Shown here piece after piece: positions 18,233-27,250 of a stretch of 64,000 bases of DNA (positions are counted from its first letter, which is position 1; the number at the start of each line of letters is the position of its first letter). A program made the position numbers and the translations under genes. Where the stretch lies: IMG/VR virus record IMGVR_UViG_3300031993_000017. One strand, written 5' to 3'. The stretch is from a virus (lineage: Duplodnaviria; Caudoviricetes). The notes under the pieces are model-generated. The model was given only the letters and a program-made list of their open reading frames with translations, had not been told where the DNA came from and did not search any database.

Positions 18233-19117
18233 TTAAGGCCTAAGCTCATTCGCACGATTGATAACCCAATCAGCATACTCCTGTGTAGAAGGAGTTCCCA
18301 CAAGTCCTGGACCGCCATTGTATTTCATGAGTGCATATCTTACACCTTTTCCTTCTTTTACATAATCATTGTAAATCTCAGAACCGATCATAATGTTGTT
18401 CTGAGCATACATCAAGTCTTCGTTAGTGAGCCCATGTGCTCTCAGCCGATCCTGTACCCAACGTACCTGAATCTGCATCATTCCATAGGCCTTTCCATTA
18501 TCTCCATAGATATTGGCAATGCAACAAGATTCTCTCTCGCAGATCGCCATAATGATGTATGGGTCAATACCTTGTGATGTGCAATAATCGTATGTCCATC
18601 TCTGCAGATCAGGATTCATCATACTTGCAACAGGTGTAAAAGTTGGAACAGCTTGTGTTGTTTCAACTTCTGTCGGAATTTCTGAAATACTGGCAGATTC
18701 TAGCTCTGTTGTTTCAATTTCCGTTTCAACTTCTTCAACAGTTGTTTCTAATGCAAGAATCACTTCGAGATCAGGAACAAAATGCTCAGGCTCTTCCTCT
18801 GTTGCTGTTTCTGATTTTGTCTCGATCATGTACTCTGGTTCCTCTGCCCGTACAATCTCCGCATCACGATCTACAGTGATTTTAGCATCCTGATCAGCTA
18901 ACTCTAACAGACTATCCAGATATTCTTTATTCTGCGAGATAGCCATCTCATAACCTGCAACCGCTTCATCGAGAGTGCAAGGTTCATTTTTCAATCCAGT
19001 CTCAGGCATTTCTGGAACCGAATTGAATGTAGAATATCCGAAGATACCAATAGAAAGTACGACGACACTTCCTACTATAACTCCGATGTAACTTGCGTAG
19101 AATTCTAATTTTCGCAT
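18233..19117 (-). CDS. Membrane-anchored lytic transglycosylase (SLT domain)
   Basis: N-terminal TM helix, acidic/Thr linker, AICERES (catalytic Glu), GMMQI, KYNGG. Confidence 0.85.
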   Translation of the reverse strand: MRKLEFYASYIGVIVGSVVVLSIGIFGYSTFNSVPEMPETGLKNEPCTLDEAVAGYEMAISQNKEYLDSLLELADQDAKITVDRDAEIVRAEEPEYMIETKSETATEEEPEHFVPDLEVILALETTVEEVETEIETTELESASISEIPTEVETTQAVPTFTPVASMMNPDLQRWTYDYCTSQGIDPYIIMAICERESCCIANIYGDNGKAYGMMQIQVRWVQDRLRAHGLTNEDLMYAQNNIMIGSEIYNDYVKEGKGVRYALMKYNGGPGLVGTPSTQEYADWVINRANELRP

Positions 19118-19223
19118 AAGATACCTCCAAAATGATGTTATTGTTGTGTTTTACTATAACGAACCAGTTACTACAAAATTATAGAATTGGAATAAAAAAA
19201 TTAAATAAGTCCAAATTCAAACT

Positions 19224-19418
19224 TCACTTTTTGAACTTGGACTTCTTAGTACGTGATGAAATATAAGCATTGAATAGAGATTGTTCTGATTTACGGGCGC
19301 AATATGCCTTATGAAGTTCATTCATCTGTTCTTTGTATGACCTGTATTGCTCGCAGTCACTGTGACAACCTTCGTGACGATCAGAACAATTGTGACATGG
19401 GGTATCTATCTTCGGCAT
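19224..19418 (-). CDS. Small Cys-rich phage protein
   Basis: PCHNCSDRHEGCHSDCEQY; SD GAGGT. Confidence 0.7.
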   Translation of the reverse strand: MPKIDTPCHNCSDRHEGCHSDCEQYRSYKEQMNELHKAYCARKSEQSLFNAYISSRTKKSKFKK

Positions 19419-19450
19419 AGTGGTACCTCACTTTTACATAAAATAGAAAG

Positions 19451-19525
19451 TCGGAATGACAGGATTCGAACCTGCGACCTCTTGATCCCAAATCAAGCAT
19501 TCTAGCCAAACTGAACTACATCCCG
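19451..19525 (-). tRNA. tRNA-Pro(UGG)
   Basis: Cloverleaf; anticodon arm CTTGA-TTTGGGA-TCAAG; T-loop GTTCGAATC. Confidence 0.93.
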
Positions 19526-19667
19526 ATGATTCGTTTCGAGTTTTTTACTAGGTCAAAACGCATCCACAGAACCATACAGATTTTGTGCTTACCTTTAAGC
19601 ACCTAAAACCAGTAATCGCATTACGAAAACTAGAGACCTTCTCTAAACATGTTAGATGGGTGTTGAA

Positions 19668-19866
19668 TATCTCAGGTGAGGATTTGCACCTCACATGATT
19701 GGAGTTTTGGGATATTATTGCTCTCGATTACCTCCCTGTGTTACACCCGAAGGCTCAAGACTGGTCTTGCACTGACTCGATGATTATTTTACACGGCACA
19801 ACATCAATCCGTAACCAACCTATAAGAAGCCACACTTTAGCGTCTACCTATTCTCGCCACTGAGAT
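19668..19866 (-). ncRNA. tRNA-like RNA with long central insert
   Basis: Acceptor ATCTCAG/CTGAGAT, Leu/Ser-type D-arm TGGCGAGAATAGGTAGACGC, T-arm GTGAG-GTGCAAATC-CTCAC, about 140 nt where the anticodon arm should be. Confidence 0.6.
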
Positions 19867-19928
19867 ACAATGATCAAGACCGTTCAATTAAAGCACCTGC
19901 AAGCAGACACCACTGAAAAGCCTTGCAA

Positions 19929-20016
19929 TTGAGAGAATGGGATTCGAACCCATGCACGAGTTATCTCGTCTAGCAGATTTCAAGTCTGCACTCTTAAACC
20001 GCTTGAGTATCTCCCC
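19929..20016 (-). tRNA. tRNA-Ser(UGA)
   Basis: Anticodon arm GCAGA-CTTGAAA-TCTGC, long variable arm, GTTCGAATC; 1:72 mismatch. Confidence 0.88.
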
Positions 20017-20023
20017 ATGTCCT

Positions 20024-20776
20024 TCAATCGTTACAATTTTCATACAATTCTTCTAATCGATTATAAGAATAAGATGACCTAACATACTCAAATATTTCCT
20101 TTAAATCTGATTCTGTTAGATTCACTATCTTTCTATCTTTAACAGACTTTAACTTAGCATATTTACGTCCTGTCATGTATCCAGATATTTCTACAATTGT
20201 TCCATCTTCTAGTTCAAAATCTGGATAATATTTACATATTTCCCCATTGTATTCATATTCATAGTAACGTATACACCTCTTAAATGATACACCATGATCT
20301 ATGTTGTATATTACATATGCAAGTTCATATGTAGAATCACAGAAGTAACCTTTGTACCAACCTTTTTTGCCTCTACCTGACCTGGTTCTTAATCCTCCAC
20401 AATTAGTAGATAAACGCATACTTTTTGAAATCTTACATTTTCTGTTAGCTTCAATTTCATAAGTTGAACCTCGTCCAGTTGACCAACTATGACCATTCAA
20501 TTTAATATAATCATGAGAAGATTTGCGCATACTTTCGGACATTCGCATTACTCTATCATCTGTTTCCTTTGTAAGACCTTTATTCCACGGACTTCTGCCA
20601 CTGTTTTGATGTCTCGAAAATTCAGGATTTGAAAACGGGCTCTTTATAGGAATTCTATTAGGATTCACTCTACATCTGATTTCATGTTGTTTTAAAGAGT
20701 TTATGTTTTTACATTTTTTCTTGCAATACGAACAGTACAAATCATCTCTATCTTCTAAATAATGATTGTTAGACAT
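20024..20776 (-). CDS. Putative free-standing homing endonuclease in the tRNA cluster
   Basis: C2H-C Zn finger, PWNKGLTKETD (NUMOD3-like), CDSTYEL...YYPDF...VEISG PD-(D/E)xK-type domain. Confidence 0.7.
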   Translation of the reverse strand: MSNNHYLEDRDDLYCSYCKKKCKNINSLKQHEIRCRVNPNRIPIKSPFSNPEFSRHQNSGRSPWNKGLTKETDDRVMRMSESMRKSSHDYIKLNGHSWSTGRGSTYEIEANRKCKISKSMRLSTNCGGLRTRSGRGKKGWYKGYFCDSTYELAYVIYNIDHGVSFKRCIRYYEYEYNGEICKYYPDFELEDGTIVEISGYMTGRKYAKLKSVKDRKIVNLTESDLKEIFEYVRSSYSYNRLEELYENCND

Positions 20777-20874
20777 CTTAACTATCTCCTTAACGATAAA
20801 TGATGAAATGAGCTTGAAGTTAATGCTTCATTATTTCGAAGGTTAGCTATTCTATCTCTACCCCATTTCAACAG

Positions 20875-20948
20875 ACCAGAGGTTGGATTCGAACTGACGA
20901 TGAAACGCTGTCAGCTATGGCTCGTTATGACCACTTCGATATCTCTCC
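20875..20948 (-). pseudogene. Degenerate tRNA (Ser-like 5' half)
   Basis: GGAGAGATATCGAAGTGGTCATAACGAG 5' half and GTTCGAATC loop, but broken T-stem, acceptor and anticodon arms. Confidence 0.5.
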
Positions 20949-21056
20949 ATAATCCAAGCATAGAATAGAGTTTATAGTTGTTTTGTTGCTGAGGGAAACA
21001 ACAGGTTTGAGAGTGTTGCAGGATAAACTTTAGAGGGCTATCCTATGCTTGGAAAA

Positions 21057-21134
21057 CTGGACTGGTTGGATTCGAACCAACGAAAAAATGCAGGCGTCAA
21101 AGACCCGTGACTTAAACCACTTGTCGACAGTCCA
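21057..21134 (-). tRNA. tRNA-Gln(UUG)
   Basis: TGGACTG/CAGTCCA acceptor, CGGGT-CTTTGAC-GCCTG anticodon arm. Confidence 0.88.
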
Positions 21135-21161
21135 ATGTATTGACTACTAGATCATAGAAGG

Positions 21162-21335
21162 TTATTCAGATTCTTCGTCCTTTTCGCCGACAGATACACG
21201 ATACTCAATCTGTGCTCCGCAGTTTGCACAATGGCATACATGAACGATTCCGTCTCCTTCATACCCAAAATCACTGAAACTGAAATCAGCGTCCCAAACT
21301 ACTCCTTTGGTACAACAGTGAAAACATTCAAACAT
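21162..21335 (-). CDS. Small Zn-ribbon protein (57 aa)
   Basis: MFECFHCCTKGVVWDADF...CHCANCGAQIEY; hand-translated. Confidence 0.65.
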   Translation of the reverse strand: MFECFHCCTKGVVWDADFSFSDFGYEGDGIVHVCHCANCGAQIEYRVSVGEKDEESE

Positions 21336-21903
21336 AATCGTAACACCCTTTCAATGAAACTGAAAACTTTTAAAACAAATGCATCATTCAGAAGTTAGGT
21401 CTATAAAAATTAGGTATTATATGGTAGTTCCTAGTTTCAACTACCAAGCCACCAATTCTTGTTAGGAGCAAAGAATCTGAGTTTCGGTACGAGTCCTACC
21501 GGACTTTGTATGAGGTTGCTACTCAATCATGCGAGCTGTTGAAATCTTAATTTTCAATATCCAATTCATCTACTAAAGAAAATCCCCCCAACAACTGCAT
21601 CCGTATTTGATAGCGTTTTTGATAATATCAGAATCTGGCATCTCATCCACCGCTTTATATAACGACGGAACTGCGACTTTTATAGCCATTTTTGCAGCAT
21701 CAAGATCAATTTTCACAGTTAAGATTTTTTCATTTGCCATAACTATTCACCTTATTCACAAGTATCCAAAACAACCACCTGACCGGATTGCGTATGAATT
21801 GTTCGGATTCTTCGGCATGTAAGTCAGATGGTTGATAGATAGGATCAACCTGCACACTGGTTGTTCTTCATAGAATCAACACGCGTCATGGATTGATCAC
21901 AAG

Positions 21904-21977
21904 TGGAACATGTAGGATTCGAACCTACAACCGCTCGGTTATGAGCCGAGAACTCTAACCAGTTGAGTTAATGTTCC
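21904..21977 (-). tRNA. tRNA with CAU anticodon, most likely Ile2 (lysidine type)
   Basis: CTCGG-CTCATAA-CCGAG anticodon arm; G1:C72 paired, so not an initiator; resembles Firmicute tRNA-Ile2. Confidence 0.85.
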
Positions 21978-22101
21978 TTGAAAGAATGGGTGTCCGAATC
22001 TTTGCAGGTGTCTCCCGTAGGAGCATAGGACTATCCTGTTCACGCATCCCTAAGTTTTCGGAAACGGGTATCACTTACGTTTTAGCCCACCCATCCAGTA
22101 A

Positions 22102-22241
22102 AAGATGATTGCAGAATCGAACTGCCTTCGCTCCACGCTTCAATACAAAAGGTTACGAATCTCTTGTATTTCTATGGTCTCGAACCACTTTCAACCCTTC
22201 ACCCGTCGGTACGTCAGGTCCCTCCCACTAAGAAATCATCT
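22102..22241 (-). ncRNA. Structured RNA with tRNA-like 3' end
   Basis: Terminal stem AGATGATT/AATCATCT directly after T-arm GCAG-TTCGATT-CTGC; second T-loop-like hairpin TGG-TTCGAGA-CCA inside. Confidence 0.5.
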
Positions 22242-22349
22242 AAGTCAATTTTGTGCAATGGCAGTTTCTACAGCCCCACGCTAACTGGACTACTCATTCA
22301 CGGCTGAGTAATCTATGCCGACCCGATTTGCCCTCGGAGCACAAGCATG

Positions 22350-22473
22350 ATTCAATGGTAAGGATTTGCACCCTACAGAATGAGTCCTATTTAGGCATCA
22401 GTTTCAGCCACGGCTATCTCCATACTCATTCGTCTCGCCACCCGCCTATGTTTACCTTTTCCACCACATTGAA
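22350..22473 (-). ncRNA. tRNA-like RNA without a canonical anticodon arm
   Basis: Acceptor TTCAATG/CATTGAA, D-arm TGGTGGAAAAGGTAAACAT, T-arm GTAGG-GTGCAAATC-CTTAC, internal stem GAATGAGT/ACTCATTC. Confidence 0.6.
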
Positions 22474-22478
22474 TCACA

Positions 22479-22562
22479 TGCACCTAAACGGATTCGAACC
22501 GTCACGAGAATATTCTCAATGGATTTTAAGTCCATCGTGTATTCCAATTCCACCATAGGTGC
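22479..22562 (-). tRNA. tRNA-Leu(UAA)
   Basis: GCACCTA/TAGGTGC acceptor, ATGGA-CTTAAAA-TCCAT, variable arm. Confidence 0.92.
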
Positions 22563-22669
22563 TTTTGTGTGAGACTCACCCAACCCATATCTCACCTGGA
22601 GTTGCTCCCCATGGGTCTCCACCAATGCGCAACTCTATCCACCAAACATCTAGGAGGTATCTAAATGTA

Positions 22670-22740
22670 CTGGACTAGCTGGATTCGAACCAGCGTTGAC
22701 GGAATCAAAATCCGTTGACTAACCTCTTGTCGATAGTCCA
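22670..22740 (-). tRNA. tRNA-Gln(UUG), second copy
   Basis: TGGACTA/TAGTCCA acceptor, ACGGA-TTTTGAT-TCCGT. Confidence 0.9.
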
Positions 22741-22847
22741 ATGATTCTGTTTCAGCTATCTGCCCTACCTAGTTCAACAGAGATGCCTAGAATTCTCTAA
22801 ACACCTCTGCCGAACTCTAAAGAGGTATCTTATAGGCAGGAGTAATC

Positions 22848-23135
22848 TTAGTCATTTGTTACAGCTGTAATCTTGAACATGATCGAAGTCGTTGTCTTTG
22901 AGTACTGATCATACAGACCTGCATCCTTCAGCTTCTTGGTGTCTACAGCCTTCTTATCGTAGGCTTCATAAAAGATGCGATAGATTCCTGTATCTACCAT
23001 ATCAACCTTGCGATCGTCCAATTCTGACTTGAGATCAGCCTTTGTAGAATCTACAATAGCTTTGAGCTCTTTGATCTGAGCTTCAAGCAGTTCAATCTGA
23101 GTGATCTTTGCGTTAATCTGTTCGTTTGTCATCAT
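22848..23135 (-). CDS. Small coiled-coil phage protein
   Basis: 95-aa ORF, SD AGGAGG. Confidence 0.75.
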   Translation of the reverse strand: MMTNEQINAKITQIELLEAQIKELKAIVDSTKADLKSELDDRKVDMVDTGIYRIFYEAYDKKAVDTKKLKDAGLYDQYSKTTTSIMFKITAVTND

Positions 23136-23251
23136 TATTTCCTCCTAAGATTGTGCTTACATGTTGTTCCTTTGTGCCTGGCAGATGACCTAATGTGACA
23201 ATCATCTGCCAGACAACTGTAAGGTAACTATGACAGGGAAAGTAAGCTGAT

Positions 23252-24181
23252 TTATGCAGGTACTGCCTGTAACTTCTTGAACATTGTGTCTACAAATGGA
23301 TGGCCGACAATTACAGCGTTCCATCTGCTCTCATCTGCGTTCTTTGTGACGCGAAGTGGCTTGGAATGATCCGCGAAGTCTGTAGCCGCCATCATTGCAG
23401 CATAAGCAGTGCCTCTATACTGAGCGACATCCGGCATATCTAAGCATCTGAAATACTCTGCTTTGACAAGATCGATTCTAGACTTGGTAAGATCAGAAGT
23501 CTCAGCAGTTACCGGATACATGATATCTAAGATGCCTTCGATGGTTTCATCAGATACACGAACATTTGCGAGATTCTCAGCTTCCTGCTTAAGTGCTGAG
23601 ATGTATTCGTTGATGAGACCTAATGTTGCCTGAGCCTCCTGTACCTTCGCCTGAATGTCGCCAATGTGTCTAGTAGACCAGGATCTCTTAGCAGTAGATA
23701 ATGCAAGATTAAGTGTGTTGTTGCAGACAACTCTTATAGGAGTCATGCAAACTCTAACTGCTCCGGTACCGTCGTGTGTGTTAGTAAAGCACACATAAGG
23801 TTCAAGATCTTCGCCTAAGATATTGTCCTTCGGAAGCTTTCCTAAGAGCCAGATCTGCTTGCCGTTTCTAAGAGATCCGGCGGTTTCATATGTAAGGCCT
23901 TCGTCTACTAAGCTGTCGGTAAACTCAAATGCTTCGCTGTTCTGAACGATCGTGTATCTGTTAGATACTACTCCTAAGATAGAGTTATCAGAGTCACGTA
24001 CGTTAGCTACGTAACCAGGTGCCTTAACACCGTCTACGAATACATCCTTCTTAACTACGTTCCAATCAAGACCTGCTGCTACGATGGCCTCTTTGGATGT
24101 TAAAGGGTTGTCAAGAACGGTACCAAGACCGTGCCACGGAACTTCTCTTACTGAAAACATTGTTTCTACATTAGCTGACAT
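23252..24181 (-). CDS. DUF932/DUF945-family phage/plasmid protein (early)
   Basis: MSANVETMFSVREVPWHGLG, AGLDW, VQNSEAF, ETAGSL, TPIRVVCNNTL. Confidence 0.88.
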   Translation of the reverse strand: MSANVETMFSVREVPWHGLGTVLDNPLTSKEAIVAAGLDWNVVKKDVFVDGVKAPGYVANVRDSDNSILGVVSNRYTIVQNSEAFEFTDSLVDEGLTYETAGSLRNGKQIWLLGKLPKDNILGEDLEPYVCFTNTHDGTGAVRVCMTPIRVVCNNTLNLALSTAKRSWSTRHIGDIQAKVQEAQATLGLINEYISALKQEAENLANVRVSDETIEGILDIMYPVTAETSDLTKSRIDLVKAEYFRCLDMPDVAQYRGTAYAAMMAATDFADHSKPLRVTKNADESRWNAVIVGHPFVDTMFKKLQAVPA

Positions 24182-24245
24182 AATTTGTACCTCCTGTACT
24201 GTTGATAAGATATTTATTTCAGCCGGTCTATTGACGACTGTTTTT

Positions 24246-24274
24246 ATTATAAGAAAAAACTTACAAAAAGTCAA
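24246..24274 (-). promoter_or_regulatory. Sigma-A type early promoter
   Basis: TTGACT-17bp-TATAAT. Confidence 0.85.
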
Positions 24275-24310
24275 TAGGTTTTTTAAAATTTTTTTGAATT
24301 GTTGCGATAA

Positions 24311-24736
24311 TTAGAAAAGCCGCTTAACTGAATAAGATTTCAGCTTCTTATCCTCTACATCTTCTTTAACGATTCGCTCTTTATATTTCTGGATATTATT
24401 TGCAGAAATTTCAGATGGAAGATTTGTTCTTGTCAATCTATGTGCAGTAGAAACAACATAAGGATCATCTAGTGGAAAGAATGCTCCGGTGGTTCCATCA
24501 AAATCTTTGAATTCATCATAGTAAACAACTTGCTTAGAGATATCTTCATTACCATTCTGTAACTGAACTAGTTCCTTTGCCCACAAGTCCCACTGTCTAT
24601 CTGACACCAGGTTGTTGCTCATTCGATAGTATATGAAACTATGTACTAAGATATTGAGTCGAAGTCTTTGTATTCTATCAGCTAAGATCAGATCTTCTCC
24701 GGAAAATACTTCATAGTTCCTCTTGTTTTCTTTCAT
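24311..24736 (-). CDS. Stand-alone NAD-dependent DNA ligase subdomain-Ia-like protein
   Basis: IQRLRLNILVHSFIYYRMSNNLVSDRQWDLWAKELVQLQ matches the LigA Ia pattern (H..YY....P..SD.EYD....EL..LE). Confidence 0.65.
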   Translation of the reverse strand: MKENKRNYEVFSGEDLILADRIQRLRLNILVHSFIYYRMSNNLVSDRQWDLWAKELVQLQNGNEDISKQVVYYDEFKDFDGTTGAFFPLDDPYVVSTAHRLTRTNLPSEISANNIQKYKERIVKEDVEDKKLKSYSVKRLF

Positions 24737-24916
24737 AGTTATCCTCCAAGCATTCTTCTATATGAATAGACAAAAGTATTCTAAGTAGAAGTTCCACTAC
24801 ATCTGAATCTTCTGAGGTTGTTATTTGATATTCAATTTCTTGAATCAAGTCCTTACTAATCATTTCAGATGTTCTCCACTAGGTGTTATATGTATTTAAA
24901 CGATTCACGAGTAAAA

Positions 24917-24968
24917 CAAATAGATGTCAGCTAGAAAAGATTTTGTCTTCTAACTGGCATCTATTTGA
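24917..24968 (-). terminator. Long hairpin / terminator
   Basis: CAAATAGATGTCAGCTAGAA/TTCTAACTGGCATCTATTTG inverted repeat. Confidence 0.6.
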
Positions 24969-25001
24969 CTTAAGGAGCTATGATTGAAGTGTTCGCTGAG
25001 T

Positions 25002-26234
25002 TTACCGACCTATCTTTCCTAAACATTCATCTATATAATCAATATCATTTCTAACGTCGTTGATGTATTTAAACAGGGTGGAGACCTTGTACTCTCTGTA
25101 TCTTCCGCCTGTTACCGTACTAGGTATGTTCTGTAACACTCGGTTGTAATCTCTAACAGCCTCTCCAAGATATCTTAATGCTTGTGAATAGTTTTCAGCG
25201 TCCTGAGATTCAATGTATCCGTAATCGTCATCAAGTTGAGGTCTAGTATTAGGCACATCTATAGATAAAACACGATCTCTTGTATCTACTAACCTTCTGT
25301 AAATATCTTCTACTTTATCTGCAAGTTTACCAAGATTAGACGGATCCCTGTAGAATTCTACTAACTTCTCTTTCGGATTTGGAATGCGGTATCCTGATTT
25401 ATCGCGCCCTCTATTAGTGATCCAAGAATAATTGTCTGATCCAATACGCTTTTGACCGGCATATCCCCTTTCGTAATCACGACTGTCGAAGAATCTAGGA
25501 TCCTGATATTTTTCTCTAGCTACGGGCGGTGCCTGCTCTAAATCTACATAAGTAATATCGTCTGCATTATCAAGTAACGCTGACCTTGACATTTTTCCGA
25601 GTGTACGAGAACGTCCATTTACAACTATTTGATCCTCGTCATTTACACCAGGAAAATAAATAGTGCGACCAAACTTGTAAATAGGATAGTAGTTGCCAGA
25701 AGGCGCGTCTAAGAATTTTGCAGTGCTTAGATCAAACTCCTTTGCCAACCTATCTTTAGTAAATTGCCTTATTCTCCACCTATTATTGAACCCTTCTCTC
25801 AACCAATCAGGTGCACTAGGATCAATGGAAGCAGTTATCCGACGACTCCTTCTTAATCTTGTTGAGGTGTTTACAATATCAAAAATCTCTTCATAAGATT
25901 CAACTGTCAGATCATTGCAGGCCTCTTGAAATGCTTCGTCTATTGCATCTTCCTCGCTATCTGCATATACACTATAAGTTTCATCCAGTCCGATGTAAGT
26001 TGCAAAGTTATAAGTTACTTCGTACTCTCCATCGGCTGTTTCTTCAACATCTACATCAGAAAGAAGATCACTGGCTATATCGTTATCAGGATCCTGAATA
26101 AAGATGCACAAACTTTCTTCAAGATCGTCCTCGTTCCAGTAAGATTCGTTATCAGGATCTACATAAACATCTACGGTTTCATATCCATTGATATATCCTG
26201 CGAATCCTACTTCTACACTAAAGTGTCTCTGCAT
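25002..26234 (-). CDS. Hypothetical protein with a duplicated acidic N-terminal module
   Basis: 410-aa ORF, SD GGGAGG. Confidence 0.75.
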   Translation of the reverse strand: MQRHFSVEVGFAGYINGYETVDVYVDPDNESYWNEDDLEESLCIFIQDPDNDIASDLLSDVDVEETADGEYEVTYNFATYIGLDETYSVYADSEEDAIDEAFQEACNDLTVESYEEIFDIVNTSTRLRRSRRITASIDPSAPDWLREGFNNRWRIRQFTKDRLAKEFDLSTAKFLDAPSGNYYPIYKFGRTIYFPGVNDEDQIVVNGRSRTLGKMSRSALLDNADDITYVDLEQAPPVAREKYQDPRFFDSRDYERGYAGQKRIGSDNYSWITNRGRDKSGYRIPNPKEKLVEFYRDPSNLGKLADKVEDIYRRLVDTRDRVLSIDVPNTRPQLDDDYGYIESQDAENYSQALRYLGEAVRDYNRVLQNIPSTVTGGRYREYKVSTLFKYINDVRNDIDYIDECLGKIGR

Positions 26235-26255
26235 TATAATATCCTCCCATAGTTG

Positions 26256-26564
26256 TTATTTGCATAATATGTAATAAGTATGAGTTGCTGGGTAAGAATC
26301 TTCTCCAGTATCCTCTAATTCTTTTTCATCTATTCTAGGCATACAGTCGAAATTTTCACGAATAAGCTCATCAGCGTAAAGATGATCATGTTTCCAATCA
26401 CCATCAATCTTGAATGTAATCTTAGCTACGGGTAGATCTTCGAAGTAATCTAAGTCCCATAGCTCTGCCCAGATATGAGCGTCTGAAAGAACTTTATCCA
26501 TTCTTGCTGCAAGATCATTCAGCTTATCTCGATCTTGTGTGCTAGCTTTGATGTATCGTTTCAT
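26256..26564 (-). CDS. Hypothetical protein (MKRYIKAS leader)
   Basis: 102-aa ORF, SD GAGGTGG. Confidence 0.75.
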   Translation of the reverse strand: MKRYIKASTQDRDKLNDLAARMDKVLSDAHIWAELWDLDYFEDLPVAKITFKIDGDWKHDHLYADELIRENFDCMPRIDEKELEDTGEDSYPATHTYYILCK

Positions 26565-26573
26565 GTTTCCACC

Positions 26574-26777
26574 TCACAACTCCCACTGATAAGGATCACG
26601 ATTATACTCATATGAATCGGAAAGTTCTCGCTTGTATATCTCAATCAAATCAAATATCTCGTCACGTTCGATCCAAGATAAATTAGGATCGTCTAACTTC
26701 TCCTTTAACTCAGATATTTTGTTTTCCAGTTCTTCAGGGTCAACTGACCTGTATGATGATTTAATGTATCTTTTCAT
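26574..26777 (-). CDS. Hypothetical protein (MKRYIKSS leader)
   Basis: 67-aa ORF, SD AAGGAG. Confidence 0.7.
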   Translation of the reverse strand: MKRYIKSSYRSVDPEELENKISELKEKLDDPNLSWIERDEIFDLIEIYKRELSDSYEYNRDPYQWEL

Positions 26778-26791
26778 AAGTTATTGTCTCC

Positions 26792-27250
26792 TTATATAAT
26801 TCCGTACTCTACAAGCAGACCGTAAGATACTTTGGGAATAGCTCCAATTCTAGCTACTCGATCCATAATAAAATAAAATGAACTTGATGAAAGATAACTA
26901 ACTAGTGACTCCTCGCTCCACATATCTTCTGTGTCATCACCAGGTGCTGGATTAGACAGAGCGTCAACAGCAGCATAAGGATCTTCAGCAAGTGCTTCCA
27001 TTGCTTCCTGCTCACTAGAACAGTCTGTATCTTCAATAAAATTGCTGTCAGCAATCAAGTAGTTAGTAATCATATCAGCTACCGCTTGACCATCTGTTTC
27101 ATAGGGAACTGAAAAATCTACGTATTCTCTCCAACCAGAATTGCAATAATCTAAGAAATTTTCGATGTTTCCTCCGAATTTTCTGTCAATTATCTGCTTT
27201 ACCTGAGAATACACAGTGTCAAAATAATTACCTTTCACTAAATATGACAT
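26792..27250 (-). CDS. Acidic hypothetical protein
   Basis: 152-aa ORF, SD GAGG. Confidence 0.7.
   Translation of the reverse strand: MSYLVKGNYFDTVYSQVKQIIDRKFGGNIENFLDYCNSGWREYVDFSVPYETDGQAVADMITNYLIADSNFIEDTDCSSEQEAMEALAEDPYAAVDALSNPAPGDDTEDMWSEESLVSYLSSSSFYFIMDRVARIGAIPKVSYGLLVEYGII

Noticed and set aside
19668-19866. tmRNA or intron-containing tRNA-Leu
   Set aside because: No Ala-type GGGG/G.U acceptor, a D-stem is present, it is short for tmRNA, and it lacks group I core elements
22760-22840. Long imperfect hairpin upstream of the tRNA cluster as a novel RNA
   Set aside because: More simply a terminator or processing stem after ORF 22848-23135; nothing further supports a separate gene
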